A DNA stretch of 43,400 nt from Gemmatimonadaceae bacterium (GCA_039927215.1 JBDSVO010000245.1:1-43400); one strand, 5' to 3'. Positions 27,923 to 37,457 are shown, numbered from the stretch's first letter. Numbers and translations are program-made. Notes: generated by a model not told the origin, from the sequence alone.

Positions 27923-29076
27923 TGCGGACTAGCGGCACGCTGGTATCCGAGATCCCTTGCCAGCAGCTCGTGCGCGGCGGCTTGAGACCGATCTGCAAAT
28001 TCTGACTCGGTCCTTGCCCATCCGACGAATTTTTCCAAGCCGATGCTCAACGGAGTCGGCTGCCAGTCGGGCACGTACTTGTTCAGCAGGCTGTTGTCGG
28101 ACCAGTTGTGGCGGATGTCGCCTGCTCGAAAGTCGCCGGAAACTGTCATCGTACTCGTACTTCCCCAGGCATCCCGGAGACTTTTTGCGAGATCGATCAG
28201 GCGGGTGGGAAAGCCGCTGCCGACGTTGACCAGCAGCGGCGAGGTCGTGATAGTCATCGCGAGCGAGAAAACATCGGCGACATCGTCCACATAAACGAAA
28301 TCGCGGGTCTCGGCTCCGTCCTCATAAATGTTGACCGGCAGATTCTGTCGCATCTGATTGCTGAAAATGGAGATGATCCCGGTGTAGGGATTGCGGAGCG
28401 ACTGACCTGGCCCGTAGACATTTTGTAGACGGAGAACGACAGTCGAGACTTCCAGCGCGCGTCCCATTGTGAGCGAGATGGTCTCCTGCGCCAGCTTTGT
28501 GGAGGCGTAGAGCGATGCGGGGTGCGCAGCGTTGGCCTCCGGAGTCGCAACCGGGCGTGCCGCTTCGCCGCAGACCGGGCAGGCAAGATCCCATTCTCCA
28601 CGCTGGAGCTGCGTCTTCGAACGAGGCTCAGGAACAACGAGTCCGCATTCACCGAGGCACCTGTAGGCGCCCTCACCATAGACTGCCCGAGAGGACGCAA
28701 CCATCACCCGTTTTACTCCTGTCCTCTCGTTTGCGAGAATATCCCAGAGCAATGCCGTCCCGCCGACGTTCACATTCGTGTAATCGGCGACTCGGTACAT
28801 CGATTGAGCGGTACCGGTCTGGGCAGCGAGGTGTATTACGGCATCCATGCCGTCCAACGCTTTTTCCCAGTCATCGCGCTCACGAACGTCTCCCAGAAGC
28901 ATTTCGGCCGGCTGTCTGGAATAGTCCGGATCCTCGGCTGCGTCAGCGCCATGGACCTGCGGATCGAGGTTATCGAGCCAGCGAACCCAGTGACCGTCCG
29001 ATTGGAGTCGCTCCGTGAGGCGTCGACCGATGAATCCCGCGCCTCCCGTAACGAGGATTTTGGTGGTGGCCGTCAG
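27919..29076 (-). CDS. NAD-dependent epimerase/dehydratase with Cys-rich insert (WbiB-like), probable CTG start
   Basis: The frame extends upstream of the ORF-track ATG (28902) to LTATTKILVTGGAGFIG...DNLDPQVHG. HLAAQTG, YASTK, CLGEC...CPVC. In-frame TGA at 29094-29092; GGAG SD 7 nt before CTG 29076. Confidence 0.88.
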   Translation of the reverse strand: MTATTKILVTGGAGFIGRRLTERLQSDGHWVRWLDNLDPQVHGADAAEDPDYSRQPAEMLLGDVRERDDWEKALDGMDAVIHLAAQTGTAQSMYRVADYTNVNVGGTALLWDILANERTGVKRVMVASSRAVYGEGAYRCLGECGLVVPEPRSKTQLQRGEWDLACPVCGEAARPVATPEANAAHPASLYASTKLAQETISLTMGRALEVSTVVLRLQNVYGPGQSLRNPYTGIISIFSNQMRQNLPVNIYEDGAETRDFVYVDDVADVFSLAMTITTSPLLVNVGSGFPTRLIDLAKSLRDAWGSTSTMTVSGDFRAGDIRHNWSDNSLLNKYVPDWQPTPLSIGLEKFVGWARTESEFADRSQAAAHELLARDLGYQRAASPQ

Positions 29077-29117
29077 CGGTTCTCTCCGGTATCAGGTTGC
29101 GTGAACAGGCACAGCAA

Positions 29118-29123
29118 ATTGTA
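29118..29123 (-). promoter_or_regulatory. -10 element TACAAT upstream of the CTG-start epimerase operon
   Basis: Near-consensus -10 about 42 nt upstream of the CTG. Confidence 0.5.
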
Positions 29124-29186
29124 TCCAAATCGCGACACTGCCTTTATTTTGCTTGAGCGGAAACTGAGCGGCGCGACCACGTCAAA

Positions 29187-30293
29187 GTGAGCCATTTGCT
29201 ACTCGAGAAACAAGTCACCATCACGGAGGACAATAGCCGAGCACGCCGTCGATTGCCGGAGGGCGTCGTGATCCATGACTCCTTCTGCCTCGGCGACCTG
29301 ATCTATCTCGGAGCGATGCTGGCTGCCCTGAGGGAACAGGCGCCGACTCTTCCCATCTCCGTCGTCGTGGGCGGAATCGCGAGGGAGTTCCCATTCTTCG
29401 ATTCCATCGGCGTTCGCCTGATCGAGCTCGCGGTTCCGTGGGACGCTCGCGGCTGGTACAAGCGGCCCTTTTACACCCTCAATGGGCTGCCGCGCGCCGC
29501 GAGGCGTATTCGCTCACTCGCCCGAGACTCGCTTCTTGCGGATCCGCGTGGCGATCTCCGGCACATCGTCGTCGCAACGCTCGCTGGGCGACGAACCTTG
29601 TCCAGCCTTTCTTTCGGGAACTGGGGGCGGCTCTGGGGCCGCTTGACGACTCACATGTTTGTCGGACGGAGAGACTGGTTCTGGAAGCTTCAGGACCGTC
29701 TTGGCCTTCCCAGAACTGAGCCGAAGTGGCCATGGATCAAGGTTCCGGCGGGGCCGCCGAAAGATCCGACGGCGCCGCCTATTGTGCTTCTTTCGCCTGG
29801 AGTCGGGGGACTGTTGAGAGAATGGAGTCCCGAGAAGTGGCAGCAGCTTGCCTCGATTCTGCGCGCGATGGGCCTGCGTTGCGTCTTCATTCGAGAGCCG
29901 GGGAGGAGACCTTCAGTCCTCGATGATGAAGAGGAGTGGAGCGGAACCATCGAGCAGCTGGCCTCTCGGGTTGCATCCGCCGATCTGGTCGTCGCCGTGG
30001 ACTCGTTCGTCGGGCATCTCTCAGCCGCTATCGGTACGCCTACGCTGACTCTGTTCGGCCCTCAGGTGCCAGAGCTTTGGACGCCGTGGGGCCCACACGC
30101 GCGGTACGTTATCGCTGAGCCGTTTTCCTGTCGTCCATGCGTTCAAAAAAAGTGCGTGCAGCCTCCTGGTGCGTCGTGCATGGACGTTCTTCAAATGAAA
30201 GTCGTCGCCGATGCCGTCGAGGATTTTTTTTCGACGGCCGCCGGCGTTACTTCGCTATCCGGAAGCCGCTGGCCAGGGACCCAGGACGCCTGA
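29187..30293 (+). CDS. Glycosyltransferase family 9 (ADP-heptose:LPS heptosyltransferase-like)
   Basis: CLGDLI, LSPG...REWSPEKW, VAVDSFVGHLSAAIGTPTLTLFGP, WTPWG, CRPC...C...CM. Confidence 0.88.
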   Translation: MSHLLLEKQVTITEDNSRARRRLPEGVVIHDSFCLGDLIYLGAMLAALREQAPTLPISVVVGGIAREFPFFDSIGVRLIELAVPWDARGWYKRPFYTLNGLPRAARRIRSLARDSLLADPRGDLRHIVVATLAGRRTLSSLSFGNWGRLWGRLTTHMFVGRRDWFWKLQDRLGLPRTEPKWPWIKVPAGPPKDPTAPPIVLLSPGVGGLLREWSPEKWQQLASILRAMGLRCVFIREPGRRPSVLDDEEEWSGTIEQLASRVASADLVVAVDSFVGHLSAAIGTPTLTLFGPQVPELWTPWGPHARYVIAEPFSCRPCVQKKCVQPPGASCMDVLQMKVVADAVEDFFSTAAGVTSLSGSRWPGTQDA

Positions 30294-31998
30294 GCTCCAG
30301 ATGGGGGTTCGGCGGGTTGCTGCTGCAGGGCAATGGTGCATCCCCGCATTGATCACTCAACACTGGGATATTCACAATCAGGCCTGACAGCGTCTTCACC
30401 GGCTCCATAGGGTAGGACGGGGGCGACCACCCCGACTCACTCAGCGCAAGCGTGAAGGCTGCACCAAGCATGACGGCAAGGACGCCGTGAGTGCCCATTC
30501 GTATTCGGCGCTCGTTCAGCCACGCGTTCGGGGCGCGAGCAAAGGCAAGCGCCAGCGTGCCCACCGCAATCACCCAGAGCGGTCCAAGTGCCAGCCGGAT
30601 TGCAGGTGCAACGACGAGCCAGACTCCGCAGAAAATCAGAGATGGGATCAGAAACAGCGAAGCAGGCGGGACGGGATTCGTCGACTCCCGTCTTTGGCGG
30701 CGAAAAGCAACACGTACTGCGCCTGCAACGACGAGAGTGAAAACCATCCCGATGAAGTTGCGATCGCGGAAGGTGGCCGCGAGCCAACCCGGCACCCAGT
30801 TGTAGTTTCCGAGGACGACCCTCGGGTCCCTTCCGGGACTTCGGGCCCAGGAGGCAATCCAGTCGGCGTCCGATTGCAGAACCGAAGGAGCCAGGCGCCA
30901 ATCCGTCGGAAACGACCCGACGGTTGACGGGTACGCCATGTACCCGCTCAGAATGACACCGTGCGCCATCCACAGCGCTGCGACCACGATACCGGGGCCG
31001 ATGACAGCGGCGAAACGTGCCGATCGTCCGCCGCGCCTCGAACGCAACGACCCGGGAATCAGGGATGACAGTGCCCACCACCTCCACATTGCTATCAGGG
31101 CGGCGGTTACTCCGAAAATCGCAAAGCTCACTTTCACGGTCATTCCAATAATCCCGAGCAGAACCACGCCGAAAACCCGGTAATCCAGGTCGGCCCTGGA
31201 CACGTTCGGATCCGGCATTTGCTCGTTGCTGGAGAGGATTCTCAACAACTCTGCCGTCAACACGACCGTGAGCACGAATACTATCCCGTCAGGCGACATT
31301 GACGATGCATATCGCCGCGCCTGCCCCATCGTCACCGGAATCATCAGCACCTGGAACCATCTCAGCAAATCCATTTTCTGCTTGTGCGTGACCACGACGT
31401 GCGCTGTCACGATTCCCTGAATAATCAAGGGAAGGAAGGGAAGGCCCGCAGCCAGACGAAGATCCCTGCCGTAAATGCTCAGTCTCTCGACGAGCGCACC
31501 AAAAAGGAAAAACGAGCTATTCATTCCAAACCGGCTGTGGAGGTTGGCGAGCCCCGGCACAACCGGATACGCCTGCGCCCAGCGAACAGTCGGCAAGTGA
31601 TACAGAGCCGTGTCGTAATTACCATCCGGGCGGAGAGTCAATGCAGCGATGGCCACCCACGCGAGCACGACGAGCGCAGTAACGCTTGCCGGCGCAGCAA
31701 GCGCGGACCGGAAAGCTCGTTTGAGGTCGTTGCGCGCGAGCCACGCGCCAGCCGCGCCGGCCACCGCAGTTGGGACGAAGGCCCACACCGTTATTGCAAG
31801 CCCGAAGTGCCAGGCGGTGAGAACGGCGACCGTGATCCCCCACCCAATCCACCAGTCCAGGAAAGGGTCACTGTCCCCGGCGCCGGGCGTGAGCACCCTC
31901 CGCACCAGGCGCCCCGCGCCCCAGAGGAAAAAGGAGAGGGCAAGCCACACAGCCGATACGACGAGCACCTCCAACATCAGGATAGCGTCACCAGCCAT
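30247..31998 (-). CDS. Polytopic membrane protein, probable GT-C fold
   Basis: Many TMs; YDTALYHLPTVRW...PGLANLHSRFGMNSS, SPD, SGYMAYP, APAIR; C-terminal QCGDAPLPC. The start may be 31977. Confidence 0.75.
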   Translation of the reverse strand: MAGDAILMLEVLVVSAVWLALSFFLWGAGRLVRRVLTPGAGDSDPFLDWWIGWGITVAVLTAWHFGLAITVWAFVPTAVAGAAGAWLARNDLKRAFRSALAAPASVTALVVLAWVAIAALTLRPDGNYDTALYHLPTVRWAQAYPVVPGLANLHSRFGMNSSFFLFGALVERLSIYGRDLRLAAGLPFLPLIIQGIVTAHVVVTHKQKMDLLRWFQVLMIPVTMGQARRYASSMSPDGIVFVLTVVLTAELLRILSSNEQMPDPNVSRADLDYRVFGVVLLGIIGMTVKVSFAIFGVTAALIAMWRWWALSSLIPGSLRSRRGGRSARFAAVIGPGIVVAALWMAHGVILSGYMAYPSTVGSFPTDWRLAPSVLQSDADWIASWARSPGRDPRVVLGNYNWVPGWLAATFRDRNFIGMVFTLVVAGAVRVAFRRQRRESTNPVPPASLFLIPSLIFCGVWLVVAPAIRLALGPLWVIAVGTLALAFARAPNAWLNERRIRMGTHGVLAVMLGAAFTLALSESGWSPPSYPMEPVKTLSGLIVNIPVLSDQCGDAPLPCSSNPPNPHLELRRPGSLASGFRIAK

Positions 31999-32099
31999 TC
32001 AGAATTGCCAGCCGACCCTGTTCCAGTTCTCGACACGACGAGGCATAATGCGTTTCCCGGTTGCGGTGCCAACAACGCGGCATAATGTAGCAGGTCGCA

Positions 32100-33311
32100 A
32101 TGCGTACTCGTCGCACATTTGTCGTTATCTCCCAGGCCTATCTCCCCGATCCGACAGCGGTTGGGCAGCATGTGGCGGATGTTGCCGAGGAACTGGTTCG
32201 CCGCGGCCATCGCGTCATAGTATACACGGCCGATCGCGGTTACGATGACCCGTCCCTCGCCTACCCCCGGCGGTCAACTATCAACGAGGTCGAAGTAAGA
32301 AGGCTTCGATTCTCGTCATTCGGGAAGCGATCGATTCGAGTTCGTCTCCTCGGCGGAGCGCTTTTCGTGACGCAGGTAGTCCTGCGCGCTGCTTTCACGA
32401 GGGGAATTGACGCCGTACTGGTCAGCACCTCGCCACCGATGGGGCCGCTGGCCGCAATTTTTCTCGGCCTGATACGCCGAGTGCCCGTGAAGTACTGGGT
32501 GATGGACGTCAATCCCGACCAGATGATTGCGCTTGGCTTGCTGGCGCCCCGCTCCGTCCCTGTTCGCGTATTCGACGCTATCAACAGGGTAGTGCTGCGC
32601 CGTGCCCGGGACGTCATAGTCCTCGATCGTTTCATGGCCGAGAGAATCAACTCCAAAATGGAAGTATCGGACAAGCTCGTTGTCCTCCCCCCGTGGCCCG
32701 CAGAAGATCCCGCCGCGGTCGTTCCTCATGACGAGAATCCGTTCAGAGCACAGCACGGACTAGCGGGCAAACTCGTCGTGATGTACAGCGGCAATCACGG
32801 ACCGTCGAACCCGCTTACCACGATCATCGAGGCGGGCAAGCGCCTTCGTGACGAGTCGCGTCTCGTGCTGCTGTTCGTTGGCGGCGGTGTTGGAAAGAAA
32901 GAGGTGGAGCAGGCGCGCTCACACAACATCCGCTCGATTCCCTATCAGCCGCGGGAGACATTGAGGCACTCCCTCGCGGCCGCCGACGTGCATGTCGTTA
33001 CAGTTGGCGAGGACGTGAGGGGGATCGTGCATCCCAGCAAAATCTATGGTGCCATGGCCGTGGCTCGGCCGATTCTGCTCGTTGGTCCAGCTGAGAATCA
33101 CATCGCTGATATTCTGAAGGCCAATGACATCGGCTGGCACGTTGGCCACGGTGACGTTGATGGGGCCGAGCGAGTGCTGCGCGAGATACTGCGGATGGCA
33201 CCGGCCGAGCTGCAACGCAAGGGCAGGCGCGCGCGCGAGGTGATTGCACGAGGCGGCGGCAAGGTCGCCGCGTGCGAGCGAGTCTGCGACGTCGTCGAGC
33301 GCGGTGTCTGA
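32100..33311 (+). CDS. Glycosyltransferase family 4 (WcaI/WbuB-like)
   Basis: YLPD, STSPP, WVMDVNPD, MYSGNHG, HPSKIYGAMAVARPI. Confidence 0.9.
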   Translation: MRTRRTFVVISQAYLPDPTAVGQHVADVAEELVRRGHRVIVYTADRGYDDPSLAYPRRSTINEVEVRRLRFSSFGKRSIRVRLLGGALFVTQVVLRAAFTRGIDAVLVSTSPPMGPLAAIFLGLIRRVPVKYWVMDVNPDQMIALGLLAPRSVPVRVFDAINRVVLRRARDVIVLDRFMAERINSKMEVSDKLVVLPPWPAEDPAAVVPHDENPFRAQHGLAGKLVVMYSGNHGPSNPLTTIIEAGKRLRDESRLVLLFVGGGVGKKEVEQARSHNIRSIPYQPRETLRHSLAAADVHVVTVGEDVRGIVHPSKIYGAMAVARPILLVGPAENHIADILKANDIGWHVGHGDVDGAERVLREILRMAPAELQRKGRRAREVIARGGGKVAACERVCDVVERGV

Positions 33312-33499
33312 TTGTCTGAAGGCTGCCTTGCGAGACGCGGACAGGAATCGGGTCTTGCTCTTGCGAATTGCGGCGCTCCATCTTACCTACGATTTCGCAT
33401 CAGCACGGCCCGGTTCCTTCATCGACATTTCCAGATTCGGGAGATGACTGTGTCCCAGACTCTGGGGACTTATCAGCAGGAAGCTTCGGCTGACCAACG

Positions 33500-33524
33500 G
33501 CGTTCTCTGGTAACAAGGGAACGC
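33500..33524 (+). promoter_or_regulatory. Hairpin sequestering the SD (AAGGGA) of the initiating transferase
   Basis: 9-bp stem GCGTTCTCT/AGGGAACGC (one G-U pair) with a 7-nt loop, ending 5 nt before ATG 33530. Confidence 0.45.
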
Positions 33525-33529
33525 TCGGC

Positions 33530-34549
33530 ATGATTTTGCAGGGCGCGATCTTTCTTGCTGCTGCCGCGCTATTGAGCTGGCTTCTGGCAAGCAGAGTGCG
33601 ATTGTACGCACTCGACAAGCTGGTGGATATTCCAAACGAGCGCAGCTCGCACTCGTCGCCCACACCTCGCGGGGGAGGTCTCGCGATCGTCATCACGGTG
33701 CTGGGCGGCGTGGTAATCGCCGGTATCATGCGCTGGATTCCTCTTGACTTGACTCTCGCGCTGGCCGGCGGCGGGGCGATGATTGCCACTGTCGGCTGGA
33801 TCGATGATCACCGCGACGTTGCTGCGCGGATCCGGTTTGCAGTCCAGGTCGCAGCGGCGGTGTGGGCCATTTATTGGCTTCGCGGCATGCCGAGGCTCAG
33901 CATTGGCGTTGCTGGCGTTGATCTTGGTTTTGTGGGCACGATCCTTGGGCTCCTCGGAATACTGTGGGCGATCAACCTCTACAACTTCATTGACGGCATC
34001 GACGGGCTGGCGGCCGGCGAGGCCGTCAGTACCGGAACAATTGGCGGTCTCATGCTGGCGGCGATGGGTCACCCCGGACTGGCTCTGATCTCTCTGCTCA
34101 TCGCGGCGGCAAATGCGGGCTTTCTGCCGCTCAACTGGGCGCCTGCAAGACTGTTCATGGGTGACGTTGGGAGCGGCACCCTCGGCTACCTCTTCGCTGT
34201 TCTATCGATTGCGTCCGAGAACGCGGGGGCGGTGCCTGTGCTCATCTGGGTTCTTCTGCTTGGCGCGTTCGTGTTTGACGCAACTGTCACGCTCTTCCGT
34301 CGGATCGGGAACGGCGAACGCTGGTACCAGGCACACCACAGTCACGCATATCAGCGAATGGTCCAGGCTGGGCGAAGTCATGCGCAGGTGAGCTCGATGA
34401 TCCTCGGGATCAACCTGGTGCTCGCCGTTCTGGCGATCGTTGCGTGGCTGTTGCCGTCGCTCTTCCTGATTGCCCTTGGCGCTGGGATGATCCTGCTGGC
34501 TGCCCTTTATCTGTCGGTCGAGCGAATCAGCCCGATGCATGCCCACTAA
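33530..34549 (+). CDS. Polyprenyl-phosphate HexNAc-1-phosphate transferase (MraY/WecA/WbpL family)
   Basis: DIPNERSSH..PTPRGGG, GWIDD, NLYNFIDGIDG, NWAPARLFMGDVGS, AHHSHAYQ. Confidence 0.93.
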   Translation: MILQGAIFLAAAALLSWLLASRVRLYALDKLVDIPNERSSHSSPTPRGGGLAIVITVLGGVVIAGIMRWIPLDLTLALAGGGAMIATVGWIDDHRDVAARIRFAVQVAAAVWAIYWLRGMPRLSIGVAGVDLGFVGTILGLLGILWAINLYNFIDGIDGLAAGEAVSTGTIGGLMLAAMGHPGLALISLLIAAANAGFLPLNWAPARLFMGDVGSGTLGYLFAVLSIASENAGAVPVLIWVLLLGAFVFDATVTLFRRIGNGERWYQAHHSHAYQRMVQAGRSHAQVSSMILGINLVLAVLAIVAWLLPSLFLIALGAGMILLAALYLSVERISPMHAH

Positions 34550-35699
34550 TGCGGCTGGCGGCGTGGACCACGTGGCTCGACAGCCAAAGCAACACGGTTT
34601 GATCGAGAACGCCCCGACAATACGACGCCGGCGCCAATACCCGACAGGTCCGCGCGAGGAGACATCGCTCCTCGCGTTCCTGAATATCCTGCTGCTGCAT
34701 CGACGTCTCATCGCCGTGTGCGCTCTGGTGGGCGGTGTGATTCTTGGCGTGAGCGCGTTCGACTCTCCCAGATTTTTCATGGCGTACGCCTCCTTCACAG
34801 TCAGAGGCGCTCGCGCACCATCGCAGCTGTCGGCCGTCGCCACTCAGCTCGGACTGACAATGGGATCGCTGGATGAAAACGAATCCCTCGCGTTCTACGG
34901 GGACCTAGTGACAACGGGCGCGATTCTCGCGCCAGTTGCGCGGATGCCGTATACCACTTCCGCGCTGGGAGGTGGTGAGAGGTCGCTCGCCGCGTTCTTC
35001 GGAATCGACGAAAAAGATCCCGGCGTTGCCGCCTCGCGAGCTCTCGACGAGCTCCGGTCACGCGTAGCTGCGGCGACAACTCCGCGCACGGGAATCATCA
35101 GCGTTCGTGTGCTCGCTGAGCAGCCGCGGCTGGCGCAGCAGATTCTGCAGAACATCCTGACAGAGCTGGACGCATACAACCTGGCCATGCGCCGGAAGCG
35201 AGCCGTCGCGGAACGGGATTTTATCGAAAGGAGGGTCGCCGAAGCGGGCGCCGCGCTGGTCCAGGCGGAACGCCACCTGAGCGCCTTCCTGCAGACGAAC
35301 CGCGATTACAGAGGCTCGCCCGTGCTCCAGATGGAGTTCGATCGCTTGCAGCGCGCCGTTCAAATGCGCCAGCAGATCTATACGGCGATGGCGCGATCGC
35401 TCGAGCAGGCAAAGATCGAGGAGGTCCGCGATTTACCTACTGTTCTGATCATCGATCAGCCAGAGGGGGGATTAAAGCCGCAGAGGCCGCCGGTCATACG
35501 CAGGACGCTGCTGGGACTGATCGCGGGGCTTTTTTTCGGGATAGTGCTGGCATTCCTGCGCGAACGTGCGGCGGAGACGCGTGAGGCAGGCACCAGCGCC
35601 TACACGGAATATTCTGCGCTCAAGAGAAAAGCGCTCGGAGACCTCGCTCGTCCATGGGCGCCTTTCGGGCGCCTTTTGAAAGGGCAGACCAGATCGTAG
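34539..35699 (+). CDS. Wzz-like chain-length determinant (paralog of 18728..19870)
   Basis: Shares SQLS, PRTG, AERxF, SPxLQxEFDRL, MRQQ and EQAKIEEVRDLP with the first copy; two TMs. Exact start uncertain. Confidence 0.85.
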   Translation: MPTNAAGGVDHVARQPKQHGLIENAPTIRRRRQYPTGPREETSLLAFLNILLLHRRLIAVCALVGGVILGVSAFDSPRFFMAYASFTVRGARAPSQLSAVATQLGLTMGSLDENESLAFYGDLVTTGAILAPVARMPYTTSALGGGERSLAAFFGIDEKDPGVAASRALDELRSRVAAATTPRTGIISVRVLAEQPRLAQQILQNILTELDAYNLAMRRKRAVAERDFIERRVAEAGAALVQAERHLSAFLQTNRDYRGSPVLQMEFDRLQRAVQMRQQIYTAMARSLEQAKIEEVRDLPTVLIIDQPEGGLKPQRPPVIRRTLLGLIAGLFFGIVLAFLRERAAETREAGTSAYTEYSALKRKALGDLARPWAPFGRLLKGQTRS

Positions 35700-35744
35700 C
35701 TATCGGTTTCCTGCAACGACAGGGAAGCGCGACGACTTGCCCCG

Positions 35745-37457
35745 CTAGAAGCTCTGCCGGAGCCCCAGCACGAAATTCGCGTTGGTTCGATCGGCGAGAA
35801 AGTTACGGTCCAGGTCAACGGCAATCGCGATGCGTGCCATCACGTCGACAGATCCGAAGAACCTGTTCGCCTCCACTCCGACAGAGTTCATCGCCTCGAC
35901 GGCGTTCGGCTCGACCGGTCCCGAGCGATACTGCGTGGTGGACTGGTGTGTCACCATGCGCGACACGAACGCAGTCATTCGTCCCTCGGGCGTGAAGCGA
36001 TCGAACGCCAATGTCTGCGCTCCCCCACTCCCTGGTCCGACGTCAGCGCCGAGCAATTGCCCCCGGTTGGTATGACCCTGGCGCAAAACACCGTGGAGAT
36101 AGATCCGTCCCTGCTCCCGCGTTCGCGCACCGGCCGGCGATTGGAAATTGAACGCTTCCGCGCGCAAAACATTCATCACTCGCGGAGAGAGCCAGGTCTT
36201 ACGGAATCCGATATTGACGGTGCCTGCGTGGTCAGGCTCGAGCACCAGGTCGCGCTTGTCTCCGGCATAATCTTCACGACCATACTCTCCGTAGACGTCG
36301 AAGCCACTGCCGGGAGGCGCCCAGCGGATGAAGATCGACGCGAGCTGGTTGTCTCTCAGATTAGTAATGTCATTCGGGTCGTCGTCACTGGACTGAACCT
36401 TGAAGAGATTCTCGAACGGCATACCAAGCACATGTGAGCCAAAGCCTGATGAGTCCCGGGCCGCATGGAAGAATCGCGCGCCGCCGATCTCCAATCCCCG
36501 CGCTCCTCTAGGCTGAATGCTCGCGACGATCCCGGCCATGAATCTTCGTCTGCCCGGCTCGGAAAAACTCCGGAAGTACTCGGTTCCCCTTACGGACGAG
36601 TACTCCGACTGCTCGAGCTCCCCATATACAACTCGCGTGTGCAGACGTGCCAGCCAGAGATTGGCCGGCTGGGAGGTGCCGACAAAAAAATGGGGAAAGC
36701 CCGCCGCATTATTTCCGAGTATGTAGGGATACGTGTCAGTTGGCCCCCACCACTGATTGGCGGTCGAGATTCCTGCAGCGACTCCAAACCAGTCGAACCG
36801 GATTGTGCTCTGGCCGAGGTCGAAGCGAGAGTAGGGTAGAGTCCCGTAGCGCTGCGGACGATCGAGAGCGAGCGGATACTGGCCGTCAGCATAGATGAGT
36901 CGCCCGCTCTGTCCATTTCTGAACAATGGAAACGACTGGTTCTCCGCGCGGAATGCGACCGGCGCGAGAATCGCCGAAAAAGGCCCCCACCGCGCCGAGA
37001 GCCCTGCCTGGAACGAAGTGGTGAGTCCCTTTCCCTGCCACACCGCTCCGTCGTTTCCGCCGTACGCAAATGTGTTGTTAAGATAGAACGAAACGCGTGG
37101 GCGAACGTAGTCCCATTGAAACCCAGTCGACTCAGGCTTTCGATTGAGGTCGTACCGTTCGCCCCACGGGTGTGCGCTATCTGACGATGCGAGCCGGTCG
37201 ACTTCCGCCAGCGAGAAGCTTCTAATGCTCCAGGGGTAGCTCTCTGATTTGCCCGCCGTCTGAAGATTGCGGAGATAGCTCTCGAGCTCGCTCCCGGCAA
37301 ACACTTCGCTTCGGCCGCCGACGCTGGTCTGCGCGGAGGAAATGATTGGGCTGATCAGCTGCGCCGCGAACAGCGCGACTACCGTGCTCTGCAAGCATCG
37401 CAGCCGTCTTGCTCGCTGAACTGCTGCCGTCCTGGCTGAATGACAGGAGTTGCTCAT
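35745..37457 (-). CDS. Capsule-assembly Wzi-like outer-membrane beta-barrel (type A, copy 1)
   Basis: Signal peptide; NDGAVWQGKG; NQWWGP; LGNNAAGFPH; YGEYGRED; C-terminal beta-signal LGLRQSF. Confidence 0.75.
   Translation of the reverse strand: MSNSCHSARTAAVQRARRLRCLQSTVVALFAAQLISPIISSAQTSVGGRSEVFAGSELESYLRNLQTAGKSESYPWSIRSFSLAEVDRLASSDSAHPWGERYDLNRKPESTGFQWDYVRPRVSFYLNNTFAYGGNDGAVWQGKGLTTSFQAGLSARWGPFSAILAPVAFRAENQSFPLFRNGQSGRLIYADGQYPLALDRPQRYGTLPYSRFDLGQSTIRFDWFGVAAGISTANQWWGPTDTYPYILGNNAAGFPHFFVGTSQPANLWLARLHTRVVYGELEQSEYSSVRGTEYFRSFSEPGRRRFMAGIVASIQPRGARGLEIGGARFFHAARDSSGFGSHVLGMPFENLFKVQSSDDDPNDITNLRDNQLASIFIRWAPPGSGFDVYGEYGREDYAGDKRDLVLEPDHAGTVNIGFRKTWLSPRVMNVLRAEAFNFQSPAGARTREQGRIYLHGVLRQGHTNRGQLLGADVGPGSGGAQTLAFDRFTPEGRMTAFVSRMVTHQSTTQYRSGPVEPNAVEAMNSVGVEANRFFGSVDVMARIAIAVDLDRNFLADRTNANFVLGLRQSF

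Noticed and set aside
28522-29190. 222-aa plus-strand ORF coupled to GT9, and other 60-270-aa alternative-frame ORFs across the window
   Set aside because: Antisense or off-frame to well-supported genes, with compositionally biased translations.
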